NCBI GenBank assembly: GCA_002483445.1
Contig: DLHY01000152.1
Span: 4,021 to 68,020, forward strand
Reading direction: 5' to 3'
Source of the DNA: Blastocatellia bacterium UBA7656
Lineage (GTDB): Bacteria > Acidobacteriota > Blastocatellia > UBA7656
Length of the DNA: 64,000 bases
Shown: positions 56,081-64,000 of the stretch, piece by piece
How the letters are laid out: each line of letters opens with the position of its first letter
How positions within the stretch are numbered: the stretch's first letter is position 1
The notes under the pieces: generated by a model
What the model was told of the DNA's origin: nothing
The model's database searches: none
The model's input: only the letters and a program-made list of their open reading frames with translations
Program-made: the position numbers and the translations under genes

Positions 56081-57409
56081 TCATTTTTTTTCTGCCCCTC
56101 TGCGCCAGAAGAAATAAGCGGGCAGCCCCAGAAGGATGATGCCGACGGCTATAGCCGTGTAGAGAGCTTGCGTCTTCACGTTGACCCATACGGTGTTGAC
56201 GACCAGAGCTGCCGCCGAAAGTATGAACAAGGCAGGCGTCAGCGGGTAGCCGGGAACGCTGTAAGGCCGATCCGATTCCGGTATACGGCGACGATAAACG
56301 AATAAAGTCGCCGCTCCAATCCCGTAAAATATCCAGCCCGCAAAAACGACATAAGTCAGAAGCTGGTTGAAATCGCCGAGCATCGCCAGCGCCGCCGCCC
56401 ACGAAGACCCTGCGATGACTGCGAAAGCCGGAGTGCCGAAACGCGGATGAACCTCGGCAAGACGGTGGAAGAAAACTCCATCGACGGCCATCGCATAATA
56501 AACCCGCGAGGCGGTAAGCACCGTGGCGTTGGCCGCGCCGAATATCGATATGGCTATGGCGATTGCGAGAAGCTTTGCTGCCGTAGGTCCGGCGATCACT
56601 CCCACAGCAGCGGCGGCTGGACTCGCTGAACGCGCCACTTCCGCAGGGCCGAGCGCGGCAAGATAAGCGACATTGGCCAGAAGATAAATAAAGACGAGCG
56701 CGGCAAGCCCTATGAGAAAAGCTCGCGGGAATGTGCGCTGCGCGTCTATGGTTTCGCCCGCGCTGTAGGTGGCGTATTGCCATCCTTCATAGGCCCAAAG
56801 CACGCTTATCATCGCAAGCCCGAACCCGGAGGCCAGAGAACTGTTGACTTCAGCAGGCCATACTTTTCCTGATCCGGTCAGGTTGTTGCCGAACCACAAT
56901 AGCGCCGCGCTCATCACCAGTATCGAGCCGATCTTGATGGCCGCAGTCACGTTTTGCAGATTCGCGCTCTCTCGTGTGCCGTAGACATTGACCGCCGTCA
57001 GTACCGCTATCACCGCGAGCGCGATTATCTTTTTGGCAACCGCAGACAATTCGATTGACTGGCCGAGATTGTCGCCGAAGGCCACGGCGAGAGTCGCTAT
57101 GGTGCCTCCGCTGATGGCGAAAAACAGAGTCCACCCGAACAGGAAAGCGAGAAGCGGGCCGAAGCAATCACGGATATAAACGTAGAGTCCACCCGCGTGG
57201 GGATGACTCGCGCTCAACTCTCCGTAGGTGAGCGCGCCGAGGAGCGAAAGCGCGCCGCCTGCGAACCAGACCAGAAGAGCCGGACCTATATCGCCGCCGA
57301 CCTGAGTCAGAACAGTTCCCGGCACCAGAAAAATTCCTGACCCGATGACCGATCCTATGACCAGAAGCGTTATGTCGCCGAATCCGAGCGTGCGAGCGAG
57401 TTTATTCAT
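56081..57409 (-). CDS. Amino acid permease (APC superfamily).
   Basis: 12-TM protein; N-terminal LGFGDITLLVIGSVIGSGIFLVPG APC signature. Confidence 0.85.
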   Translation of the reverse strand: MNKLARTLGFGDITLLVIGSVIGSGIFLVPGTVLTQVGGDIGPALLVWFAGGALSLLGALTYGELSASHPHAGGLYVYIRDCFGPLLAFLFGWTLFFAISGGTIATLAVAFGDNLGQSIELSAVAKKIIALAVIAVLTAVNVYGTRESANLQNVTAAIKIGSILVMSAALLWFGNNLTGSGKVWPAEVNSSLASGFGLAMISVLWAYEGWQYATYSAGETIDAQRTFPRAFLIGLAALVFIYLLANVAYLAALGPAEVARSASPAAAAVGVIAGPTAAKLLAIAIAISIFGAANATVLTASRVYYAMAVDGVFFHRLAEVHPRFGTPAFAVIAGSSWAAALAMLGDFNQLLTYVVFAGWIFYGIGAATLFVYRRRIPESDRPYSVPGYPLTPALFILSAAALVVNTVWVNVKTQALYTAIAVGIILLGLPAYFFWRRGAEKK

Positions 57410-57424
57410 GCGGTCTCCTCAAAA

Positions 57425-57553
57425 CAGTTTTCAGTTTTCAGTTTTCAGTTTTCAGTTTTTCATCACTTCGTTTCAGGTCATCGCTCTTGACGACCTGAAT
57501 AACTTTTCATCTGAGAAATGAAACTGCTTCTGAAAACTGAAAACTGAAAACTC
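57425..57553. repeat. Microsatellite hairpin: CAGTTTT x4 ... GAAAACT x3 around a ~75-nt spacer, between the beta-lactamase-like stop and the permease start.
   Basis: cagttttcagttttcagttttcagttttt ... gaaaactgaaaactgaaaactc read directly. Confidence 0.65.
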
Positions 57554-58572
57554 TACCTGGGCTGGAACAAAAAGAAATCGTGAACCGCGCGCGCGATCTC
57601 AGCTATCGCGCGCTCGCGGGCCGCAGCTTCTTTTTCGGATGACTTCACGAAAACCGCGACGGCGACGTGCGTCGAGTCGGGCAGCGTTATGATGCCGACA
57701 TCGTTCGTCGAGCCGCCGATGGTTCCGGTCTTGTGAGCGACCTCGGTGCCTTCAGGCAGCAATCCGCGAAGTCGCGCTTCGCCCGTGCGGCAACGGCGAA
57801 GTATGTCGAGCAGCAGATCGGCGCTCGGATCTTTGAGCAGGTCTTTGCGAAAAATGCGCGCAAGCAGATCAGCCATCGCGTCGGGCGTAGAAGTGTCGCG
57901 CGGATCAGTATCGAAACGTTTCGCCGCAGCCGCGCGGTCTTCAGGTTTGACCGCAGAGTATTTCATGCGAAACAAGGCCGGAGTCCACTCATCTTCGGGC
58001 GGAAGGTCGGTCGCGCCTATCCAGTCGGATATGAGTTGAGCCGTCGAGCGATTGACGTTGATGCCTTCAATGGCAAGCGCGCGCATACGAGCGGTTACTG
58101 CCTCAGCGCCCCCGGCTAAACGAAGGCAGATATCGGTCGCGCTGTTGTCACTGATGAGCAGCATCAGTTCGATCAGGTTGCGAACCGAAAGCGAGAGGCC
58201 CGGTTTGTTGAACAGATCGGAAAGAGTGCCGCTGCCGGGGTGAAGGTCTTTCGGTTTTATTTCGATCATGTCTTCGAGGCGGACTTCTCCCTGATCGATG
58301 AGGGTGAAGAGTTGAACGGCGATGGGGATTTTGTAGGTGCTGGCCATGGGGAATCGCTCGCCGCCGTTGATAGAAACCCGTCGACCTGTCTCAAGATGAA
58401 TCGCAGTTGCGCCTACAGTGCCGCCTCCGACGCGAGCCAGTCGCGACATTTCGCGTTCCAGTCTTTCAAGCGCCGGGTCGCGACGTTGAGCGACGGCGGA
58501 TGAGTGGAGAACGAAAAGGGCGAGACATAGCAGGGCGACTTGATATGATCTGAGCGCGCTTCGACTTTTCAT
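57553..58572 (-). CDS. Class A beta-lactamase-family serine hydrolase, secreted.
   Basis: ATG 58572; signal peptide. SxxK (MASTYK), SDN (LLISDNSATD) and KTG (AHKTGTIGGS) motifs all present. Confidence 0.75.
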   Translation of the reverse strand: MKSRSALRSYQVALLCLALFVLHSSAVAQRRDPALERLEREMSRLARVGGGTVGATAIHLETGRRVSINGGERFPMASTYKIPIAVQLFTLIDQGEVRLEDMIEIKPKDLHPGSGTLSDLFNKPGLSLSVRNLIELMLLISDNSATDICLRLAGGAEAVTARMRALAIEGINVNRSTAQLISDWIGATDLPPEDEWTPALFRMKYSAVKPEDRAAAAKRFDTDPRDTSTPDAMADLLARIFRKDLLKDPSADLLLDILRRCRTGEARLRGLLPEGTEVAHKTGTIGGSTNDVGIITLPDSTHVAVAVFVKSSEKEAAARERAIAEIARAVHDFFLFQPR

Positions 58573-58698
58573 AGCATCCTTTCCGAGATAGATGATTCGA
58601 GAGCGGGCACAATTCCTAACACAAACGTCGCCGCCTATCAACAGCGGGGCGCGCATATCAAACTTGGCTCTGACGCTTTCAGAATAATCAACCAACGA

Positions 58699-60159
58699 TC
58701 ACCTTTGAACAGGAAATAAAAAAAACTTGTGACCATGCGTCGCGGCTGTGCAGCCGTCCGAGATTTGAAACCCACGTTCGGCTAAAACTTCCTGAGCGAG
58801 CCGCTTATTATCGAATCTGTATTTGACGAAAGCCGCCCAGAACTGCGAGTCGTCTATCTCTTCAAAGCTGCGGACATAAATGATCTCGAATCTTTTTTCA
58901 CTCTGTCGGTCGAGATAAAACTGAAGGGTGGTTCCAACTATCCCGTCGTCGGTATAAATGCGAACGTGCTGTTTCTCATCAGACTCGGCTTCGATCATCT
59001 GTTTGACTAAAGGCTCGACGGCGAACTTTTCTCTGTTGACTAACTCCGTCCATCCCGACAGCGCGGCCCATGCGATCAATGAAGAAACCGTCAGCGTCCT
59101 GATCCGTCTCGGTTGCAGATCGAAGACGCTCATCGACAGGATCAGAAAATAAGCGACAGACGAAATGATGAGATACCGCATTCCCCAGATCGATTGCGGC
59201 AGCGCGTAGCTTGCGGTCAGCGCCAGAACGGACGGCAGGAAAGCCATCACTGCAAGCGCGATCATCGCGTCGCGGTTTCGCTCTTTGCGATCTCGAATCA
59301 AACGGGTCAGGAAACGAGCGATGGCATAAAAAAATAAAAGAGTGAGCAGGGCATAAACGCCCAGCGACACTTTGTAAAATACGCCATAGTCTTCCCACCT
59401 GTAGCTGATCGGCCCGTTGAGGTTGAGATAGAACCAGAAGAAGTCTCCGATCCCCGGTTTCGGATTCCACGAGAGGTTCGCGCCCAATCCGCCTTTTTCA
59501 ATCGAAGCGCGAAAGGCGAGATATATCCACGGGCTGAAGCACAGAACCAGAGCGAGCGAGGAAACGACGAATCGTTTCAGCTTGTGTCTTTGCAGAATCA
59601 CTAAAGCCAAAGCCTGCGCGCCTGCGAGCAGCCATCCGTAGTAATGCGTATAAACCAGAATCAGGTTTGCGACAAACAGCAGCAGGTCTGTTCCGAGCTT
59701 GCTTTCTGTTTCGTTCATCATCTTCACAAACAGCCAGCAGGAACAGGTGGATGCAAAAAGCAGGAGGCTGTACATGCGCAGGTCTTGCGCATAGACGACC
59801 ATATACATATTCACGGCCATAAGCCCCAGAGCGAGACGTGAGACTTTAGGTTCGAGTTTCGACTCACGGCACAACAGATAAAAAGGCGCAAGCGATGCTA
59901 TCGAAGCGCAGACGGGAAAGAGCTTCACCCAATAGACAGACTCGCCGCCAACAGTGATCCACAATTTGAGCAGCACGTAAAAGAGGGGAGGGTGAACCGC
60001 GTCGCGTATTACGTTTGCAAATAGATCGCTCCAGGAGCCTGCGGCAAGGCGAAGGCTGAAAATCTCGTCACCATAAAGCCCGAAGCGAGCGAGCCACCAA
60101 AGTCTGGTCGTGACGAACAGAATGATGAGCAGTGCGATGATCGAGCGTTGAAGGCGCAT
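58699..60159 (-). CDS. Polytopic membrane glycosyltransferase (GT39/ArnT/PMT-like, dolichyl/undecaprenyl-phosphate-sugar dependent).
   Basis: ~11 TM helices; N-terminal loop with YGDEIFSLRLA (DE motif) characteristic of GT-C glycosyltransferases. Confidence 0.6.
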   Translation of the reverse strand: MRLQRSIIALLIILFVTTRLWWLARFGLYGDEIFSLRLAAGSWSDLFANVIRDAVHPPLFYVLLKLWITVGGESVYWVKLFPVCASIASLAPFYLLCRESKLEPKVSRLALGLMAVNMYMVVYAQDLRMYSLLLFASTCSCWLFVKMMNETESKLGTDLLLFVANLILVYTHYYGWLLAGAQALALVILQRHKLKRFVVSSLALVLCFSPWIYLAFRASIEKGGLGANLSWNPKPGIGDFFWFYLNLNGPISYRWEDYGVFYKVSLGVYALLTLLFFYAIARFLTRLIRDRKERNRDAMIALAVMAFLPSVLALTASYALPQSIWGMRYLIISSVAYFLILSMSVFDLQPRRIRTLTVSSLIAWAALSGWTELVNREKFAVEPLVKQMIEAESDEKQHVRIYTDDGIVGTTLQFYLDRQSEKRFEIIYVRSFEEIDDSQFWAAFVKYRFDNKRLAQEVLAERGFQISDGCTAATHGHKFFLFPVQR

Positions 60160-60304
60160 AGTTGCGACGATGCGAGCGAATGGCGTGCAGTCGGAGATTG
60201 TATCGCGAACGGGTGTGAAAACAAATCCGTCGTTTTATCCGATTGATCTGTTTCGAGTTTGATTGGCTTTTGTTAGGATACATCAAACACGAGGAGTAAC
60301 GATC

Positions 60305-60553
60305 ATGAGTAAGAACGTTGAAGGAATTTATCGCAGCGGCAAGGTTGAGCTATTAGAGACGCCGTCGGATGTTCCTGAAGATACGCGCGTCACCGTAACA
60401 TTTCCCGATTCGAAGCTCGATTTGCGCGAGCGCGGGATCGACGAGGCGCAGGCCGCAGATTTGCGAGCGCGATTGAGGACTTTCGTTGAGGAATGGGAAA
60501 GCCCTGAGATGGATATTTACGATAACTATGACAGCATCAAACCCAGGCCATAA
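60305..60553 (+). CDS. Type II antitoxin, DUF104-like (partner of MazF/PemK toxin).
   Basis: GAGGAG SD; MSKNVEGIYRSGKVELLETPSDVPEDTRVTVTF matches the EAIYENGVLKPLEP...EG.KV.I pattern. Confidence 0.55.
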   Translation: MSKNVEGIYRSGKVELLETPSDVPEDTRVTVTFPDSKLDLRERGIDEAQAADLRARLRTFVEEWESPEMDIYDNYDSIKPRP

Positions 60554-60887
60554 ACGCGGGGATGTCGCCCTTGTGCTTTTCCCGCATTCCAACCTGCGCA
60601 CTGCCAAACCTCGTCCAGCGTTGGTGGTACAGGCAGATAATCTGCAAACGGGCTTGCAGCAGGTCATCGTCGCTATGATTACCAGCAGAATGTTTCGCGC
60701 CAATCATCCGAGTCGAGTAACGATTCTGCTATCCACACCCGATGGGCAGAATTCAGGTCTGCTCACGGATTCAGTTGTAATGTGCGACAACCTGGCAACC
60801 ATCACAGAAACAGAAATAGATCGAGTGATCGGCAATCTTCCAATGGCTGATGTAGATCAGGCATTGCGTCACACGCTTGGGTTGTGA
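60528..60887 (+). CDS. mazF: PemK/MazF-family endoribonuclease toxin.
   Basis: GDVALVLFPHSNLRTAKPRPALVVQAD...VIVAMITS...DSVVMCDNLATI is the MazF/PemK core; start overlaps the antitoxin 3' end. Confidence 0.75.
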   Translation: MTASNPGHKRGDVALVLFPHSNLRTAKPRPALVVQADNLQTGLQQVIVAMITSRMFRANHPSRVTILLSTPDGQNSGLLTDSVVMCDNLATITETEIDRVIGNLPMADVDQALRHTLGL

Positions 60888-61033
60888 AGAAGCTATTGAT
60901 CGAATAATAAATAAAGCTGAAACCTTTTTGCAGCCAGTGCGCCTTAACATCGTCGCTTGCCGGAAGCTGACCGCTTGACTTCCCAGCCGCGCGCTTTCAA
61001 TATGTGCGACGCAACAAACAAGGGAGGTGCTTT

Positions 61034-63094
61034 ATGCGATTCTCGACTCGTGTGCTTGCGATTTGTTTCATTATCGCTTTGATAGCGATGCCCGCCGCTG
61101 CGCAGGATAAAAAGAAACTCGCAGCCGCGGACGCTTTCAATCTCGAATTCGTCTCCGATCCGCAAATCTCGCCCGACGGAAGACGGATCATCTACGTCCG
61201 CCAGTTCACCGATATCATGTCGGATCGCAACTACTCGAACCTATGGATAGTCAACTTCGACGGCTCGGACAATCGCCCGCTCACTACCGGGCTTCGCGGT
61301 GACTCTTCTCCTCGTTGGTCGCCCGACGGCGCACGGATCATTTATATATCCGATCAGGACGGCGCGGCTCAAATCTATCAGCGATGGATGGACACCGGGC
61401 AGACGGCAAGGCTGACTAACCTGCAATTCCCGCCTGCGGGCATTAGCTTTTCGCCCGATGGAAAACATATTGCTTTTACCTCGTTCGTACCCGAGAGACC
61501 GCCGCAGGTTGCAAACATCCCCGCGCCTCCTCCGGGTGCGAAGTGGGCTGACCCGGCGATGGTCATAGATAAACTGGTTTATCGATTCAACGGGCCGGGT
61601 TATCTCAAACCGGGATACACGCATCTGTTCGTCCTTCCTTCGGAGGGCGGCACGCCGCGCCAGATTTCGAGCGGCAACTTTCAGCACGGAGGCGCGCCCT
61701 TTCGCGCAAGCGAGGCCGTCTGGACGCCCGACGGCAAATATCTGTTGATGTCTGCCAATCGCCGCGCGGATTATGAACTCGAACCGCTCGATTCGGAGGT
61801 GTATGAATTCTCGGTCGCCGATGGATCAGTTCGCGCTCTTACAAATCGTCGCGGGCCTGACAATGCGCCCGCTGTTTCGCCTGATGGAAAGCTCATAGCT
61901 TACACGGGATTCGATGACCGTTATCAGGGCTATCAGGTCGCGCGGCTCTATGTGATGAACCGCGACGGAAGCGGCTCGCGTATGCTGTCGGGCGATTTTG
62001 ATCGCGATGTGGGCTTTGTGCGCTGGTCTGCGGATGGAAGCGGCGTCTTTTTCCTCTACGACGATCAGGGAAACACAAAGATCGGTTTCTATTCGCTCGA
62101 CGGAAAGATGAAACAACTCGCCGCAAACGCCGGAGGAACGGGAAGCGCCTACGGAGGCGGATCGTTTTCGATAAGCAAGTCGGGAGCTTTCGCATTCACT
62201 TACTCGCGCCCATACATACCTTCGGATATTGCAGTCGCCTCGGCGGCCAATCCATCAGCGAAAGTCATCACTGCCGTCAACGATGATCTTCTCACGGCGC
62301 GAAGGCTGGGCGAAGTGGAAGAAATCTGGTACGAGTCTTCTTTCGACAAACGAAAGATTCATGGCTGGATCATCAAGCCTCCCGACTTCGACCCCGCGAA
62401 GAAGTATCCGCTCGTACTTGAAATTCACGGCGGGCCGTTTGCCAACTACGGCGACCGCTTCGATTTCGAAAAGCAGGTCTGGGCCGCCAAAGGCTACATC
62501 GTCCTCTACACCAATCCGCGAGGCTCGACGAGCTATGGCGGTGAGTTCGGCAACCTCATCCATCATGCCTATCCCGGAAATGATTTCTACGATCTCAACT
62601 CAGGCGTAGATGCTGTGATAGCCAGAGGTTACATCGACACGGACAACCTGATGGTGACGGGCGGAAGCGGCGGCGGAGTGTTGACCTGCTGGATGATAGG
62701 CCGCTCGCCGCGCTTTCGCGCAGCCGTGACTGTCTATCCCGTGATCAACTGGTACAGCTTCGTGCTGACGGCTGACATCTCTGCTTTCGTATCGAAGTAC
62801 TGGTTTCCGGGTCTCCCGTGGGATAACGTCGAACATTACGAAAAGCGATCCCTGCTTTCCGTCGTCAAAAACGTGAAGACGCCGACTATGGTTTTGACGG
62901 GAGAAGAAGACTATCGCACGCCGATGTCGGAATCGGAGCAGTACTTTCAGGCGTTGAAATTGTTGAACGTCGAATCGGTGCTGGTAAGAGTTCCGGGCGA
63001 ACCTCACGGAATTCGCCGAAGGCCGAGCCATTGGATGGCCAAGATCGAATACATCGGCGGGTGGTTCGACAAGCACAAGAAGAACAATCCATGA
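61034..63094 (+). CDS. S9 family serine peptidase (prolyl oligopeptidase / acylaminoacyl-peptidase type) with N-terminal TolB-like beta-propeller, secreted.
   Basis: ATG 61034 with AGGGAGG SD; signal peptide. Propeller repeats (SPDGRRIIY, SPDGARIIY, SPDGKHIAF). Catalytic triad context GGSGGG (Ser), EEDYRTP (Asp), GEPHG (His). Confidence 0.85.
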   Translation: MRFSTRVLAICFIIALIAMPAAAQDKKKLAAADAFNLEFVSDPQISPDGRRIIYVRQFTDIMSDRNYSNLWIVNFDGSDNRPLTTGLRGDSSPRWSPDGARIIYISDQDGAAQIYQRWMDTGQTARLTNLQFPPAGISFSPDGKHIAFTSFVPERPPQVANIPAPPPGAKWADPAMVIDKLVYRFNGPGYLKPGYTHLFVLPSEGGTPRQISSGNFQHGGAPFRASEAVWTPDGKYLLMSANRRADYELEPLDSEVYEFSVADGSVRALTNRRGPDNAPAVSPDGKLIAYTGFDDRYQGYQVARLYVMNRDGSGSRMLSGDFDRDVGFVRWSADGSGVFFLYDDQGNTKIGFYSLDGKMKQLAANAGGTGSAYGGGSFSISKSGAFAFTYSRPYIPSDIAVASAANPSAKVITAVNDDLLTARRLGEVEEIWYESSFDKRKIHGWIIKPPDFDPAKKYPLVLEIHGGPFANYGDRFDFEKQVWAAKGYIVLYTNPRGSTSYGGEFGNLIHHAYPGNDFYDLNSGVDAVIARGYIDTDNLMVTGGSGGGVLTCWMIGRSPRFRAAVTVYPVINWYSFVLTADISAFVSKYWFPGLPWDNVEHYEKRSLLSVVKNVKTPTMVLTGEEDYRTPMSESEQYFQALKLLNVESVLVRVPGEPHGIRRRPSHWMAKIEYIGGWFDKHKKNNP

Positions 63095-63098
63095 AATA

Positions 63099-63148
63099 GT
63101 CTGGAGTCTGGAGTCTGGAGTCTGGAGTCCAGAGAGTCTGGAGAGTCG
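63099..63148. repeat. CTGGAGT x4 microsatellite followed by a partial complement.
   Basis: tctggagtctggagtctggagtctggagtccagagagtctggagagtc. Confidence 0.5.
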
Positions 63149-63156
63149 TTTGACGC

Positions 63157-63197
63157 GCAGCCGGGGCGACTGGCAGTCGCTCCGGCTGTGTTGTTTT
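63157..63197. terminator. Rho-independent terminator between the convergent S9 peptidase and MocR-like genes.
   Basis: gcagccggggcgactggcagtcgctccggctg + tgttgtttt. Confidence 0.6.
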
Positions 63198-63201
63198 CAT
63201 A

Positions 63202-64000
63202 TCAACGACTGGAGATGGTTTTCTTCGCTTTGCTCAATTCCTGAAGCGCCGCCGCGAGCCTGCGCGCTCCGACACGGATTTCTCTTTCACTGATTCCCGT
63301 GTATCCGAGCAGCAGCCCGCCCCGCAGTTTCGTTTCGATGCAGTAAAAAGAAAGCGGCGGCGCATCGACTTTGTGTTCTACTGCGATGAGTGATGCGGCT
63401 CTGTCACCTATTCCATCGGGCAGCCATCCTATCAGATGCATTCCTGCTTCGGACGGGCGGACATCAAGCAGCCCGTCGAGTTCTCGCGATGCCGATTCGA
63501 TCAATATCTTCTGCCTTTCTTCATAGAGAGAACGCATACGGCGAAGGTGTCGTGCGAAGTGGCCTTCCGCGATGAACTCAGCCAGCACGTCCTGTTCGAT
63601 CAACGGCGAGTGATAAGCCGCAAAAGCTTGCGCTGCTGTGAAGGCTTCGACAAGATCGGACGGAACCACTATGTAACCGAGTCGCAAGGATGGAAAAAGC
63701 GCGCGGCTGAATGTGCCAATGTAGATGACGCGGCCTTCGGTATCGAGTCCCTGAAGAGAAGCGAGCGGACGACCTGCGTAACGGTATTCGCTGTCGTAGT
63801 CGTCTTCGACGATCCACGCCCCAGCCTCTCTCGCCCACGCGAGCAGTTCGAGCCTTCGCGTAAGGCTCATCGTCATTCCGAGCGGATACTGATGCGAAGG
63901 CGTCACATAGGCGAACCGGGCAGCGGGGCAAAGCCTTCGGCCTGCTGCAACGCTCAACCCTTCGTCATCTACAGGGACAGGAACTGTTCGAGCGAGACCG
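63202..64000 (-). CDS. MocR/GabR-type PLP-dependent aminotransferase-domain regulator, C-terminal part (gene continues beyond the right edge).
   Basis: YVTPSHQYPLGMTMSLTRRLELLAWAREAGAWIVEDDYDSEYRY is the hallmark MocR aminotransferase-domain motif; the reading frame stays open to position 64000. Confidence 0.7.
   Translation of the reverse strand, partial: GLARTVPVPVDDEGLSVAAGRRLCPAARFAYVTPSHQYPLGMTMSLTRRLELLAWAREAGAWIVEDDYDSEYRYAGRPLASLQGLDTEGRVIYIGTFSRALFPSLRLGYIVVPSDLVEAFTAAQAFAAYHSPLIEQDVLAEFIAEGHFARHLRRMRSLYEERQKILIESASRELDGLLDVRPSEAGMHLIGWLPDGIGDRAASLIAVEHKVDAPPLSFYCIETKLRGGLLLGYTGISEREIRVGARRLAAALQELSKAKKTISSR

Overview
This 64-kb window is a high-GC (~60%) bacterial chromosomal segment with dense coding on both strands. 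Its content suggests Acidobacteriota (inference): Ycf48-like BNR protein, VWA protein, many secreted peptidases, a Reg_prop sensor kinase and giant HYR-repeat surface proteins. I found no rRNA, tRNA or CRISPR.

Gene content, in order:
- ABC/FtsX-type permease pair, coupled by a TAATG stop/start overlap, plus a partial membrane-fusion gene at the left edge.
- Crotonase; DUF971; formiminotransferase-cyclodeaminase (ftcD).
- Secreted HExxHxxGxxD metalloprotease with a C-terminal PPC domain.
- LPS-core/sugar-nucleotide cluster: UDP-sugar dehydrogenase interrupted by a ~493-aa LAGLIDADG intein at the catalytic Cys, heptose-7-P kinase, GT9 heptosyltransferase, and an unlisted Trm112-like mini-ORF.
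- 2222-aa secreted adhesin-like protein (beta-helix plus 9 HYR domains).
- Beta-helix protein with two near-identical tandem PKD domains; amidohydrolase.
- sdhCAB operon.
- Sensor kinase/LuxR pair next to an FG-GAP/HYR protein whose ~100-aa C-terminal module is shared with the giant adhesin.
- Low-GC lectin-like gene; orphan receiver.
- Four-gene minor-pilin cluster (FimT/PilV/PilW/PilX-like).
- M20, M28/PSMA-like and S9 peptidases; creatininase; murB; alpha/beta hydrolase.
- Signal-peptide-bearing truncated haemoglobin.
- APC permease; class-A beta-lactamase-like protein; GT39-like glycosyltransferase.
- DUF104/MazF toxin-antitoxin pair.
- Partial MocR-like gene at the right edge.

The most unusual non-coding signal is a recurring intergenic architecture found at 12 or more loci. 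Each locus carries a short 7-8-bp tandem microsatellite paired with its own reverse-complement microsatellite, so it can fold into a hairpin. Most sit immediately after stop codons, and each locus uses a different repeat unit.
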